From Convolutriloba macropyga (lineage: Eukaryota), in the NCBI RefSeq assembly GCF_964194025.1, contig NC_134470.1, forward strand, positions 7,502,001-7,566,000: a DNA stretch of 64,000 bases, read 5' to 3'. A model generated the notes under the pieces. That model was not told the DNA's origin and did not search any database. It was given only the letters and a program-made list of their open reading frames with translations. Position numbers and translations under genes: made by a program. Below are positions 50,101-62,279 of the stretch, in pieces (position 1 is the first letter of the stretch; every line of letters starts with the position of its first letter).

Positions 50101-52229
50101 AATCAAAAAGCCCAGAATCTTGTCAAAAAAGCCCAAGCGTTTTAGATTTCAGAAAGAACGATAAGCATATTTATAAAAACGTGAACATCATATTCTTAAG
50201 ATTCGTTTAACTTTGCATATTTGAACAATTTATGATGTCACCCCTCTATCATTTCACCCCTCTCTCATTTCACTCCGCAAATTAGCAGTCGACTTTACAA
50301 GGTTTTTTCTCATAATTAAGCGGATAACTTAGTCGCATGTTAGGTTGTGATAGTTTCATATCAATTCCTACGGGCCGCTGAGGATTGGTCAGAAGATTAT
50401 TTTACTGATTATTTAATAGTACCCATCAAATAAAAGACTAAATTCGGGTCAAATTGATAGAGGGGTAAACAGGAGTAAAAAAGCAGAAACAGGGGTAAAC
50501 ATTCTGTCAGCAGAAACAATGAAACAGGGGTAAAAAAGCAGATTAAAGTACGTTTACTATGTAACAGCATGTGTTTTGTAACTGAGGAGGGCTTAACCAA
50601 CTGAGGGGAGGCACAAACGGGAAAGATCCAATTTTTTTTCAAGTTTATTGTGAATACTCTCTGAATTCTAATTTAAGTTCTTCAGGCGCACCTGCTTTTT
50701 GTTTAAAGTGGTATATTATATATAGCAACACATCATTTGTATGTTGGGGCCATCAAAAAAACTTCGGGGGGGGGGGCAAAATAGCAGGATAGATCCAAAT
50801 TCCCACCTGAGGTTTTCGACAGTTGATAGCAAATTTTCCATTCCCAACATTTCTACGCAATAATTTAAGCATTTCCACGCTTTATTTTACCAAGAAATAA
50901 GCTATTAAAAATGTTTTTGCAACAACCAGCTTAATGGTCATATAAGGTATCCCCCACCCAATAAGTTATGTGGACTTTCCTGAAGTATTCCATAAACGTA
51001 GCCCGCTTCCACGATGTTGGGCCTTCAGTTGGCTTAAATCCTTACTACTCGAATATAATTATTAATTAATTGATACTTAATCAAAGGTATAATTGTTCAT
51101 GTGAGCACTGATTTTGGTATGTGTTCAAAACTGCTAATTGTTTTCCTAGTTGAGAATTAGTAATGCGGGGGGATTTTTCTGAAGTTAATCGCCTATTAGG
51201 TTTGCTTCCATTTCGGTCTAATTGATAATCTATTAATTATCCCGGTTAGTAACCGCGGGCAACAGTGAAGGCGTGGACAACTGTCGCAAGGAGTGTAGAT
51301 TTTTAAGCATGGTTGCGGAAAATAGTGCGACAAACTCGAGTAAATTTACTGGAGAAATCGGACCGTTGCAGCATAATGAGCTACTTTTTACATACTAACT
51401 TGTTTTATAACAACAGAAAAACCTAAAATTATTTCCGTCTTTTCCCAGGAAAAAACAAAGTCAGACTAACCGATCGCGAGCAATGTGAGGAATCTCAATG
51501 CAATCATTTTGAGTTTCTCGCAGCAGTTTGTCATCTCCACTTGGAAGTCATTACTGGGCCACTCTAGATTGTCTGATCTGACTTCTGACAGGATGACGTT
51601 GAAGGATTCCTTGAGATCTCCAGGCTTGCTAGGGTCCAAAGACTCTTTCTAAACAGACAATGACACCGATATTTGAATCTGCTCTGTTTAGCCAGACCAC
51701 CTTAGTAGTTAGAGAACGTTTGCAACCCCCCCCCCCCCCCCAAAAAATGGTTACGCGAAAAACTACACTTTTATTGGTGATTTAAGAAGCGATCAAAAGT
51801 CAGTTAAATTTTACCATTTCTGACTCGCCCCCCCCCCCCCCCCCCGATGAAGATACAGTTAAACATTTTTGTGAATTTGCTCGAAAAATTGATAATTTAA
51901 TGTTCGCGAAAGTTTGCCTATTGTAATGGTTATGATTAAACCTTGTATCCTGTCCATCCATGCTGACCTCCGTTGTAGATTCCGCGTGAAAACTTCTCCT
52001 TCTGCTCATTTGCCTGCCTGAAGAAATTTCTAGCAGCGTTGTTCACTCTTTCCACTTCCTCTCTCTTCAGAACCGTATTCTTTATGTACAGAAACCCGGT
52101 CGATTTGAAAGCATCAATTATATCTTTGCTCATTCTTTTCACAATCTCACACTCAAAGTCGGTTTCTTTCACGTTTTTCGAAAAAATCGAGAAATCGATT
52201 ACTGGAACTTGTTTAATGTTTTCAGGCAT
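44183..52229 (-). CDS. 2OG-Fe(II) dioxygenase, IPNS-like (paralog C), 323 aa; complement(join(44183..44525,49372..49534,51471..51648,51942..52229))
   Basis: MPENIKQVPVIDFS...GFLYIKN...HGWTGYK|gt; KESLDPSKPGDLKESFN; MRCNYYP...RCGEHSDYG; TITLLISED..GLQV..VNLGDLMQRWTND..AKHRV..RQSIAYF; 972-nt open frame. Confidence 0.94.
45016..47688 (-). mobile_element. HINE/DINE-1-like Helentron-associated element
   Basis: Minus-strand 5' TTATTGTTCCGACCCTCTTGAGGGGGGAGGAAC; 3' GGGGTCGGAAC plus ATGTGCCATTGCACAT hairpin plus CCTTGTT. Confidence 0.78.
49086..49252. mobile_element. MITE with GG...CC TIRs and an 8-bp TSD
   Basis: GGATCTATTCTGTTTC / GAAACAGAATAGATCC; CAATTTTT on both flanks; related half copy at about 50740-50797. 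Confidence 0.8.
49763..49975. repeat. TTCACCGC / GCGGTGAA inverted short-repeat cluster
   Basis: Repeated motif in both orientations after CCCGGG. Confidence 0.55.
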
Positions 52230-53539
52230 TTTGGTATGTAACAATTACGCTTTGTTTCTTGCAAAATTACTCAAGTTTAAATTTGGGAAGGTCTTTTTTT
52301 CAAAAATGGAAAGTTCTTTAAATTATACTTAGTTTGTTAGAAAGCAGAACTTTTAGAAAGTGCAAAATTCAATTATAACTTAGTTAACAACTAAAATTTC
52401 TTTAGCAAAGTTATCGTAATGACTGCAAACGAAAATTCTTTGTTAAGTTGTTTTGAAACAGGAACTAATATGGCTTATCTACTTTATCAATTGATAACAA
52501 TATAACAATGCTGTTTTCGTTTGTTTGTCGAAAGCAAAGTTTCCTAACCAAGATTCTTGACTTCAGCGTTAAAGGGTAGCTCAAGTTCGTTTTCAGATCC
52601 GCAATTTGATATCAATTAAATAAAATGCAACTGATAAAGAAATATCGGTAACACCCCCCCCCCCCCCCCCCCAACGCCCCAATAAGAAATAAACAACACT
52701 AGTTGCCAGTTATGCAAACTATTCGATAACAGATCCAGCACCTTGCAGGTTTAGAGGCGCACCTCTTTTGGAGTTACGAAAAATAAGATCCTCAATTTAA
52801 TTTTGGTAGTGGTTGATTGAAACTCGATTGCAACTACTCGTATATATAGATATAGCAGCGCAAATAAAAGAGAATGCTATAAAAGCGTATAAGAGAGGAT
52901 GCTAGTTAAGAATACGGAATATAAGCGATGTAAGATAACATCGCTATCCTCCGTTTTAACATGACCGCTTCGTTATATTCGGTACCGTCGTTTCCAAGGC
53001 AAGAGAGATTCGATATTGTCCTTTTCGGACACAAGAGGGATTCAGGTTACTCGGTTTTAGACGATTCAGCATGTTCGGTATTTAAACGTAAGAGACTGCT
53101 GGTATTTTCGGTTTTAAATTTAAGATATCGTCGGTGTCCTCGGTTCTACGTTCAAAACCTCACAGATGCAAGATTATTCATCAAAGATGTTCTGATCCAA
53201 AAAAACAACAAGAGTTGCTATTCTGAATTCGCCTGGCCAAAAAGTTATCCAAGAACAAAGTTCGAAAATAAAAATGTTCGCAAATGCTGTTTAGGCGCTT
53301 GATTTTTTTTTGAATATTTCACAATAATTCCAAAAAAATATAATAACCCAATTGTTTTTTCAGCCACTGATCCATTCATTTTTAAGCTATTTGTTTGACG
53401 ATATGATTTGGTAGCTAATACAGGGAGACAATCACTTTGTTTTTGCAGCTTTTCTCCACTAGTTTCTAATTTTATACTTTCTTTTTTCATATTTGCTCTG
53501 TTAGCAACGAACTCTTCAATAACTATTTCCCTAAACAAA

Positions 53540-54850
53540 CCCCGACGCTAATCATACAAGATCTTGCAGGATTCTTGCAAATGACGCTTATCTTGCAAGA
53601 TGCAAGATCCGGACGCCTATCTTCCAAGAACCTTACAAGATCTTACAAGACGGACGCCGAAAAATATTAAAGATAAAAGTGCAGTTTTAAAGACCGGTTA
53701 ACTCAAAGAGCATATTCTCTTATGAGTTCAGTCCATCAAAGGGAGCTCACGGTTCAGAACAGAAACTTTCATATCATTTCTGCCTTCAATAACGTATTTG
53801 AAAAACTCAATTCCAGAAAAAATTTTCAATTCAGTAGGGTATTAAATATTTACCCGGGTCGACCTTTCCCGGTAATCCTACAAGGATCATATATGATGTC
53901 ATACAAATCAGAACGTATTTCCTAGTACGATCCTTGTATGGAACCTAAGAAATCATATATGATCATTGCTTGAAATCAAGGAAATCATACAAAATCCTAA
54001 TGTGACTTTTAAGAAAAAAAACAGAAGAAGTGTTCAGGAGCACTCAAAAACCACGATAAATGATTGATGAAAGTTGTATGAAATTAGAGAAATCATATAT
54101 GATCCTTGTATGATTTCCAGGAAATCATATATGATCCTTGTATGATTACCAGGAAATCATGTATGATTTCCTTGTAACCATACGAGGACCACATATGATC
54201 CTTGTACGATTGCCAGGAAATCAGATATGAGTTCACGATAATCAAAAAGACTCATTATGGTTTCTTAGTAATCGTGCAAGGATTATTGATTGTCTCTGCT
54301 AGGATTGCCAGGAAATAAAATACATGATTTCCTAGTAATACTATACTGATTGAGAGTTATTGCTGCTACTGTTTGAGTAGTTTACAACTAACTTGCATTT
54401 TGTATGGAACTTGAATGATTACCGGGAAATCATACAAATCATATACGACCTTTTATGATAACCGGGAAAAATAAAACTCAAGAACTCATCTATTGAGTGA
54501 CTCTGGTGTGTTTTTTATTAAACGAGCGTTATAGTTGTTACGATTGCAGTCATTTATTCGTTTACAACTAATTTTTTTTTAATGAAATTTGCATGATTAC
54601 CGGGAAATCATACAAATCATATATGACCTTGTATGATTACCGGGAAAAATGAAACTCAAGAATTCATCGTTGGGTGACTTTGGTGTATTTTTTACTGATT
54701 GAGCGTTATAGCTGTTACGACTAGAATGGTTTACATCTATTTTTATTTTTGTAGGAAACTTGTATGATTACCGGGAAATCATACAAATCATATATGACCT
54801 TGTATGATTACCGGGGATCATATATGACCTTGTATGAAATCAAGGAAAAT
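53540..54850. repeat. Adjacent subrepeat-rich non-autonomous elements (TCTTGCAAGA type 53540-53839; CTTGTATGATTACCGGGAAATCATA type from CCCGGGTCGA at 53853)
   Basis: Dense degenerate 10-30 bp repeats in both orientations; CCC starts. Confidence 0.6.
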
Positions 54851-55879
54851 TGAATATTTAGTGAGGACCCCTTCTGTGTCTGTCTGGGCTCGAGTGGAAT
54901 CCACTGGTATGTTTTACCTCTATATGGCCTCAGTTTCTTTTGCTATGTCACTAACATTTTTTGACGGTAGAAGCAGATGTCAAACCAATGCTTGCTTCTC
55001 ATTTTGATGTGGAAATCAAATCAAACATTTCGAAGTTTGTGGTTCCAGCAATGTTAGATTACAACACGAAACGCTGCATGAAAGATGAGTTTTTTAAAGT
55101 ATCTTTTACAAAGGATTATGTGTACACGATCTGAGATTGTGATGAATTGTGCGTTAGAAAATTCGCCACATTTTAATCAAAATACGATACAAATGTCGTT
55201 AGCTTTCCTATATTAAGCTAGACACCTGTTTGACAGCAACATCTCAAAAGCCTGAAATACAAATGTTTAAAGAGACTTTTATCTAGTTCTTGTCGAACAA
55301 ACACATATTTCATCTTTCCACACTTAATGGCTCGTGAGAAAAATTTTCAAAGACGTGAGAAAACATTCTTGTTCCATTATTTATGATATGCTTGAATAAT
55401 CTAGCTGACATGTACCTTGAGGGAAACTTTGGCAAACTTTGGAGCTTAAAGTTTTGCTATAATGAGTAAGCGAAGACGAAAATTCTGTTGATATGAAGAA
55501 ATATTTGTTATCTTTGTTATTTTCCTCAATTTTAGCCACCTTGATTTCGTCAGAAAAAGAGACGCCGCTAGCAACGAGGTAATTATAACTGCAGACCACT
55601 CAGCTTCACTAAAAGTATAATCAAGCAGTTTTTAAAGCAATTTTATGTTGAAAAAATAATACAAAATAACACGACGGAGGTCTATCCGTGGTGTCATTAG
55701 AGTTTTTAGCGCAAGAATAAGGAATCAAAAAGAGAATATTGGCAAAAAACGATTGAATTTGACACCAAATATCTTCGGAATATCACATAAAAAAAATTCA
55801 GCTCCTGTGATTTCGCAACTTTTTAAGCTAAGATGTGACAAGACATCCTATCAGATATTCTATCTTCCTACTAAAAGAA

Positions 55880-57700
55880 ACCTTATTGTGCAGAACCTGG
55901 TTGGACTCAAATTTGTTTTGACTGGGTAAAAAATTTGTTTTGCGTACAAGATGATCACACGGCGAAGCTAAAAGTTTGAAAAATGTACCTATTTTTTTAA
56001 ATAAACAGTCTGCTATCGGCATTTTTGAAATAAATTTTGAACATTATCCAAAATCTCAATCTTTTTTTTATTGTGTCTTAATCTGGGAACTGTTTTTTAT
56101 CAATTGTAATATAAGAATCTGGTCCATATATGGGTTGGAGGAATAAACTCTTCGTTGTCAAATTCACATGGTAAAAAAAACTGGTTTGTTATTCTTAACA
56201 AGGAGGCTTGCTAATGAGCGTTTGCACATAAATTGCGGAACCCAGTTATGCAAAAATTCTTAGCTTATTTTCCGTCCATCCGAGCAGAGATAGGAAGCTT
56301 ACTTTCCAAACAAAAAAATCTAAAAAAAGTTAAAATAAATTTTGATAGATTCTCTTATAAGGACAGATATGTATATAACTGTAACTTAAGTTTAAAAAAA
56401 ACAAACTTAACGCTCATACATTTTCTGAAGCAGGAAAATAAAACAACAACAACTTTGTCAAGAACGCACTTAATTTTACGAATCAAAAAATGAGCATTCA
56501 AATTCAAGTTCAATTGTGTTTTCATTAAAAATCATAATTGCCATTCAAGCAGGAGATTCAAAAATAATTAGATTTTTATTTCATTTTATTTTTATAATGG
56601 AGGCCAGAAGAGAGGGCAGTCAAGCCAAATTAATAACTTCGTTGTGCAAAATCTGATTAAACACAGTTTTGCTTTGGCTGGGTTTTGCGTAAAAAATGAT
56701 CATACGACGAAATCAGATGTTTGAAAAAGGCAACTACATTTTGTTTAAAAGCAGTCTGCTTTTGGCATTATTAAAATGAAGTTTGAACATTTTTCTGAAT
56801 CTCAATTTTTTGTTTAATGTTTCTTCAATCTAGGAAATGTTTATTAACATTTGTAAAAAAAAATTTTGTCCATAATTGGTGTTAGAGGAATAAACACTAC
56901 CATATCAAGTTAACATGGTAAAAAAGCTGGTTTGTTTAATTGAACAAGGAAGCTTGCTCATGTGCGTTTGCACATAAATTGTGGAGCTCAGTTGTCCATA
57001 AATTCTTAGCTTAATTTCCGTTCATTCGAGCTCAGATAGGAAACCTATTTTCGAAATAAAATTAATTGAAAAAATTTGATAGATTCTTTAATAGGGACAG
57101 ACTTCTTTGCAACTGCAACTGAAGTTTTCTGAAAAATATTAAAAAACGCTCATACATTTTTTGAAGAAAAGCAATAAAAAATGAGAATTCGATCCTGTTT
57201 TCATTAAAAAAAAACCGTAATTACCATTCAAGTTGTAGTTTCAAAATTAATTGAATTTTGTATCTCAATTGATTTAGTTTTACAGTGGAGGGCAGAAGTC
57301 TTCTGCAACCACTTATAGATCAAAATGCATCTTGAAAAATCTAATCGCAATTTAATGGAGAACAGTCAATCCAGATGACTAAAAGCCATGAGTTAGGTCA
57401 TAATTGAGGTCAGTCATAAATGACTAAATAACTTATCAAACGACTGATCTAATAACTAATTGCGCCGAACAGATCTATAAACATCCACAAGCGCTGTTAA
57501 ATGTGAAACACTCAGAAAAAATTTAAAACTCGGTAACTCCCTTAAAAAACTCAACAAACCATCCGGTTGGAACATTTGACTTCGGACAGGCTTTCTAATG
57601 ATACCAGTCACAACACACTGCAATAATTATGTCGATCGAGAAAAACTCATTAAAAATCTTTTGGGTTTAAAATTTCTCAACGTTCTCCTTCCCAAATATT
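55880..57700 (-). mobile_element. Degenerate HINE-like element with a tandem duplication of about 750 bp
   Basis: ACAAGGARGCTTGCT.ATG.GCGTTTGCACATAAATTG ends at 56198 and 56944; 55880-56600 is colinear with 56640-57295; TAATGATACCAGTC head remnant at about 57597. Confidence 0.55.
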
Positions 57701-58172
57701 GATGGAATTGGGAATTGAACAAAACGATCTGTTGGACCAAAAATCTTTTTGTCAATATTTTTGTGATATTTTGTCAATGTAGCAAACGTCAGAATTGACA
57801 AGTGATATAATTTGATTTTTTAAAAAAAATGGGTTTTTAAACATTTATGCGGGCAGAAAAAGATCAGAATAGTTAAAAAATAAAAATTTCTCCAACTAAA
57901 TTGATCAGAAAGTAAAAGAAGATGAAAGAATGGCAAAATTTTTCAAAAAAGATGCACGGTAAAATTGTTTGATCATTCAATGGGAAAAAGATCAACGAGA
58001 GAATTATTATCGGTAAACATTTTACGAGTTGCATTATAATCGTACACATCCACAATGAGGAGTGCGACCAGTGACAGACTCTGGGTCAAAGCTGGTGCAT
58101 AACATACTGGGGGCTGGGCGGCGGTGGGGGGGGGGGGGGGGGGGGGGGGTAGACAAACGAAAAAGATCATTC

Positions 58173-58614
58173 ATGCAATATTGGTATGAAGGAAAGTTGG
58201 GGGGTAAAATTTACGTGTCAATAACAGTTTTCGTAATTAGTCATTGCGATCAACTATGGCGGTTATATGACCAAAGGGGGCACTATAAATTGAGGGGGGC
58301 GTCATAGAAAGTACCCATATTTTTGAACTTTCAGAGGAACTCAGTTCAATGAACCAAGACCCAACACTCGTCTGGATGGGTTCCAAATTGAATCATTCCA
58401 GACACCTTCTCGCATGACATGTGGCGTAATGTGCACCCAAAATCCATTCTGTATTTCTTACAACTACTGTTCTGGAAAAGTATGCCAGTTGAATTCTGAA
58501 GATGTCCACACCCAGATGAAATCGGCTATGATAGACGCCCGCTGTATCTACAAAGGAATGACAGGAGATACCCAACCGCACTGTTTAACAAAAAATGGAG
58601 TGAAAAACATTCAG
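58173..58614 (+). CDS. PAN/apple-domain secreted protein, 5' exons join(58173..58261,58335..58614); gene continues beyond
   Basis: Exon 58335-58614 (tttcag|...cag|gt) encodes GTQFNE..CGVMCTQNPFCISYNYCSGKVCQLNSED..CIYKGM..C, a PAN-type Cys pattern; a phase-compatible upstream exon has the hydrophobic stretch IYVSITVFVISHC (start codon less certain). Confidence 0.72.
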
Positions 58615-59481
58615 GTATCATTTATTAGTTTTTTTATATTCAATCACGATAACAAATAAGCTATGTTTTAAACTAATTAACTATTATTATTAAACTGAAA
58701 ATTGACTTCATTTGAAACCACCGTTCTTCGCCGTGACGCATAATATTACATCAGTTAATGAAACATAACTTGATAAACTTTGTCACGACTTGCAAAACTT
58801 GCAAGATTTTGGTATTTCTTACAAACATTGAAAAATTTATCAACACCTTGATATGGCAAAACTATTTGGAACATCGTCATAAGACTTGTTGACAAAATCT
58901 AGCTTCGTTATAAGATTGCCCATTGAGTGCTCAAACACGTTTTTGGGAGCAAGAGCCTCCTTCTACTGAGCCCTGCGCTCCTCTGGTCTTCACTCGGGTT
59001 CCTGTGCTTCTCCTCTGCAAGGGGGCAACTTCACTTCTGCTGTTGGCTACAGGAATAAGAAGAAGAGGAGAGTTAAAGCTAGAAGATTGAATTGAAGTCT
59101 GCTGGAGAGGGTAGCTGGAGAGAGGGCCAAGTCCGTTGTTGAAGCTCCAAAAAGTCCGACACCACTGATTTTGAATTTTTCAATTTTCCTTTTTTCCTTT
59201 TTTTTACATATGCCTTAAGTCTAGCCAATCAAAAGCATTGACGTTAGAACTCTGCTTCTTTTCTTTTGGTAATACGTACCGCATGGAGCATGAAAATGGA
59301 ATTACCGGCCCTCTCCTCAGCATCCTTTTTTATTTTTTTCATGCATACAAATTTCAATCAGAATCACATACCCATATTTCAAGTATATTACTTTTTAATA
59401 AATTGCACATATGTATTTCTATTAAATTAGGGGTATAAAATTGATACTTCATTAAAAAGGGTAATATAGTTTGTTTTACGA

Positions 59482-59872
59482 TGTAATCGACCACCTGAGC
59501 CTCGCTTCCTTGCTGAGTTTTGTTACTAAATTCAACCTACATATCCTATTCAACATTTGTTTATATATTTGTTTGGTTTAACAACATTGACGATTTGGTG
59601 CATCTTCGATCAACTACAAGTCGAGACAACCAACAGAACAAAAATTCGGCGAGATCATTGTGTCAAAAAGAAAAGAAAAACAAGACTTTAAAGACAATTT
59701 TAGACTGCATATAAATATACCTTGTTCAAATATGTTAGTGAATTAATCTTGTTTTAACTTATTCTTTTAGTCAAGCGAATAGCGCTTGACTCAGGCATAT
59801 TTCTTTTTATAGTATTTGAGTCTATGCAGCAATTATTTTAGTCCTATATTGCGTCTTTTTTCCGAATCTACA
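59482..59872 (-). repeat. Putative 3' LTR (391 bp)
   Basis: Minus strand GATGAGGGGTA (PPT-like) then TGTAGATTCGG; far end TCGATTACA is an imperfect inverted repeat. Confidence 0.55.
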
Positions 59873-59946
59873 TACCCCTCATCTAGTCTTGCTATTCTCC
59901 TGAATAGCAGTAATCAAGCAAATATAAATCAAGCAACTGTAAAAAT

Positions 59947-62050
59947 TTAGATCTTTGGATGGAAATCTAGCTTCCCTGCAGGCAGTTCAACTACAGGTTC
60001 TTCCTTCTCATTACTTTTGCTGAATGTGGCTCTTTCTACTGCTGGTGACTCTTGTTTAAGTTTATTTGCACGAAACCGCCGAAGTCTTCACAGCAGCTTC
60101 CAGTGACCACTGGCAACTCCCAAACCATCTGGCATCAGAAGAGCGTGGAATATAAAACTGTTGGAGGGAGCTATCCCGTGTTGCATAACTGTAGTCCTGA
60201 CTTTGCATTTTTTTGATGCTTTATGAATGATTCTGACGATTGAAGTAGTTTTCAGGCATCAATATTTTTATCCGGTAGACGGTTTAGTGCCAAATTGACG
60301 GCTTTGAAGGTCTCCAAATTCATATGACCTTTTTCGGAGGCTGGTGCGACTGTGGACTGTTTTTCTCAGTGATCAAACATTTCCTGTAGAATTCCAGGTA
60401 ATTGAGTTTTTTTATATTTCCGGTATCAACACTGCACACCTGATGGTTCCGGATGAAGGATTAGACCACTACTAGGGAGTTACAGATGACCATTGCCGGT
60501 TGGTTGCACCAAACAAACTCAGCCAGATAATTGGCCTGCTCGTGTGTCCATTGTTGCGCTAAGAGAATGATAATTGTTGTGTTCCGACTGAAGAGAAAAT
60601 ATAAAGTGCTTTAGGTATTGGGCTGATGGGTTTGCCGGCAACGGGATTATTTTCTGTGGACACAATTTCATCGCGTCAGTCTTTTGGTCAAAAAACAGGC
60701 TACTATGACACGAGCTCTTCGCTGATCGTGTTGGAAACGGATTTTTGCATAACCGAAGACGTTCAGTGCCGTGGCATTTGACTAAATCAGATCAATCCAA
60801 TTCTCCAAAGAATTCCGGCCGTGGGGAGACGACGAAGTATTCTTTCTGAAAATCGTAAACAGTTGCGTTCTTTCCACTGGCCAGTGGTTGTGGAATGGCC
60901 ACAGTCCTAGAGACTTGGTATATTTGCATAGGTGTGATGAAATGGAATTCCGAGTTCAATATGGAGTCCATTGGATTTTTTTCGGCGCTTTCTAAGTTCG
61001 AATTCGTAATATGAAAAGATCTCGCTCTTGCTGATTGCGGGGTAGCATCACGTTTGTTCCATCTTAGACACAATGTCCCTAATTTGTGGTGGTGGTAGCA
61101 AGTTGGCCGGTAATAGTTCTTTGGTTAGAGAAACCAAGGAATCATTAGCACATATCCCAGGTTGGTCACAATGGCATGTGCAAAAAGAACTTTCTCTTGT
61201 AGTTTGGATATAATTCTTAGCAGATTCTCGATCTCCAAGTTGACTTTCAGCCCATCTCGATACGCTTGGGTTATCTTGCATCCCCAACCACTCATGCGTT
61301 CTCATTTTTTCCCCATCTCATTGATTTGGGTGACAAGCAAGTCCAAGTTTTGGTCGGCATTGTTACTGATGGTCTCGACACGAGTGCACGTAGCGAGTTC
61401 CTCAGCACTCAGAAATTTGACTGCACGTCCCGTTTGAGTGTTTAGCCAGCCCACGTGCCCCTTGTTTCTCTGATTTTCTTTATTCGGTTTCTCTATGAGC
61501 CTTGCTTCCTGTGATTTGCATAAACCGACTATGGAGAAGAGTTTATAGCCAACTGCCTCCAGCTTGGGACGCAGGATGACTGCCGCTCCTGCCGCCCCTG
61601 CCACTCCTACTTGTCTCTTTTGCCTTGTCTTCTCATGTACCACATTCGAATGGTTGCTAAACAATGATATCCGGTCTATGAACAGCTGATAATCTTGTTG
61701 AACTTTTTGATATTCGTTTTCTAGTTCAATAACGGCACTAGCAGTCAAGTTTTTGTAACTCTGTAACAACTGTGCAAGATCAAATGCGTTCTTTGTAATT
61801 TTCGGCCCATTTTTGGGTCACATCTTGCGCGAGGTTGTGTCTTTTGGTTTGTAGTTGGTTAACGTCAATGCGTGGGAATTCTGGAAAGGGTAAAAAACAC
61901 TCTCATTGTCTTATTTGGGACGAACACACCTTCTGCTTCTAGCCAATTGTCCTGAATGAATTCACCAGGTTTGAGGAGAATCAACCAGTATATGAGAAGA
62001 TTTCGCAGCTTTTTTTAGCACAGTAACCCAGAAAAACGACTTTGAAAAAG
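59947..62050 (-). pseudogene. env-like (class I fusion-like) glycoprotein, frameshifted
   Basis: RQKR|QVGVAGAAGAAVIL furin site and fusion peptide, then heptad-like and Cys-containing segments; degenerate hydrophobic stretch and basic tail RLRRFRANK...HPKI* ending at 59947; located between IN and LTR. Confidence 0.7.
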
Positions 62051-62279
62051 AAAATCTGCTTTTTATATCATGCAATTTGAAAACTAACCATTAGGATTGA
62101 TACTGTGTGTGTGATTGGTTGGTTACTTTGAACTAGTTTATTGTATAATACTACTTCATGCCTCTAAAATGTTCTCCCTATAGATTGATTATGCTATATA
62201 AAATTAGTATCACATTCGCATTGGTAATTTTTACATTGATTTTGCAATCACAAGAACTTATCTTGCAACACTTAAAGTT

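Noticed and set aside
9034-52229. Recent horizontal transfer of microbial IPNS-like genes
   Set aside because: Three conserved spliceosomal introns and host-like composition; the family is already known in animals; an ancient origin cannot be judged without a phylogeny
54900-55330. Possible additional LINE 3' relic
   Set aside because: Only faint motif resemblance; not supportable by eye
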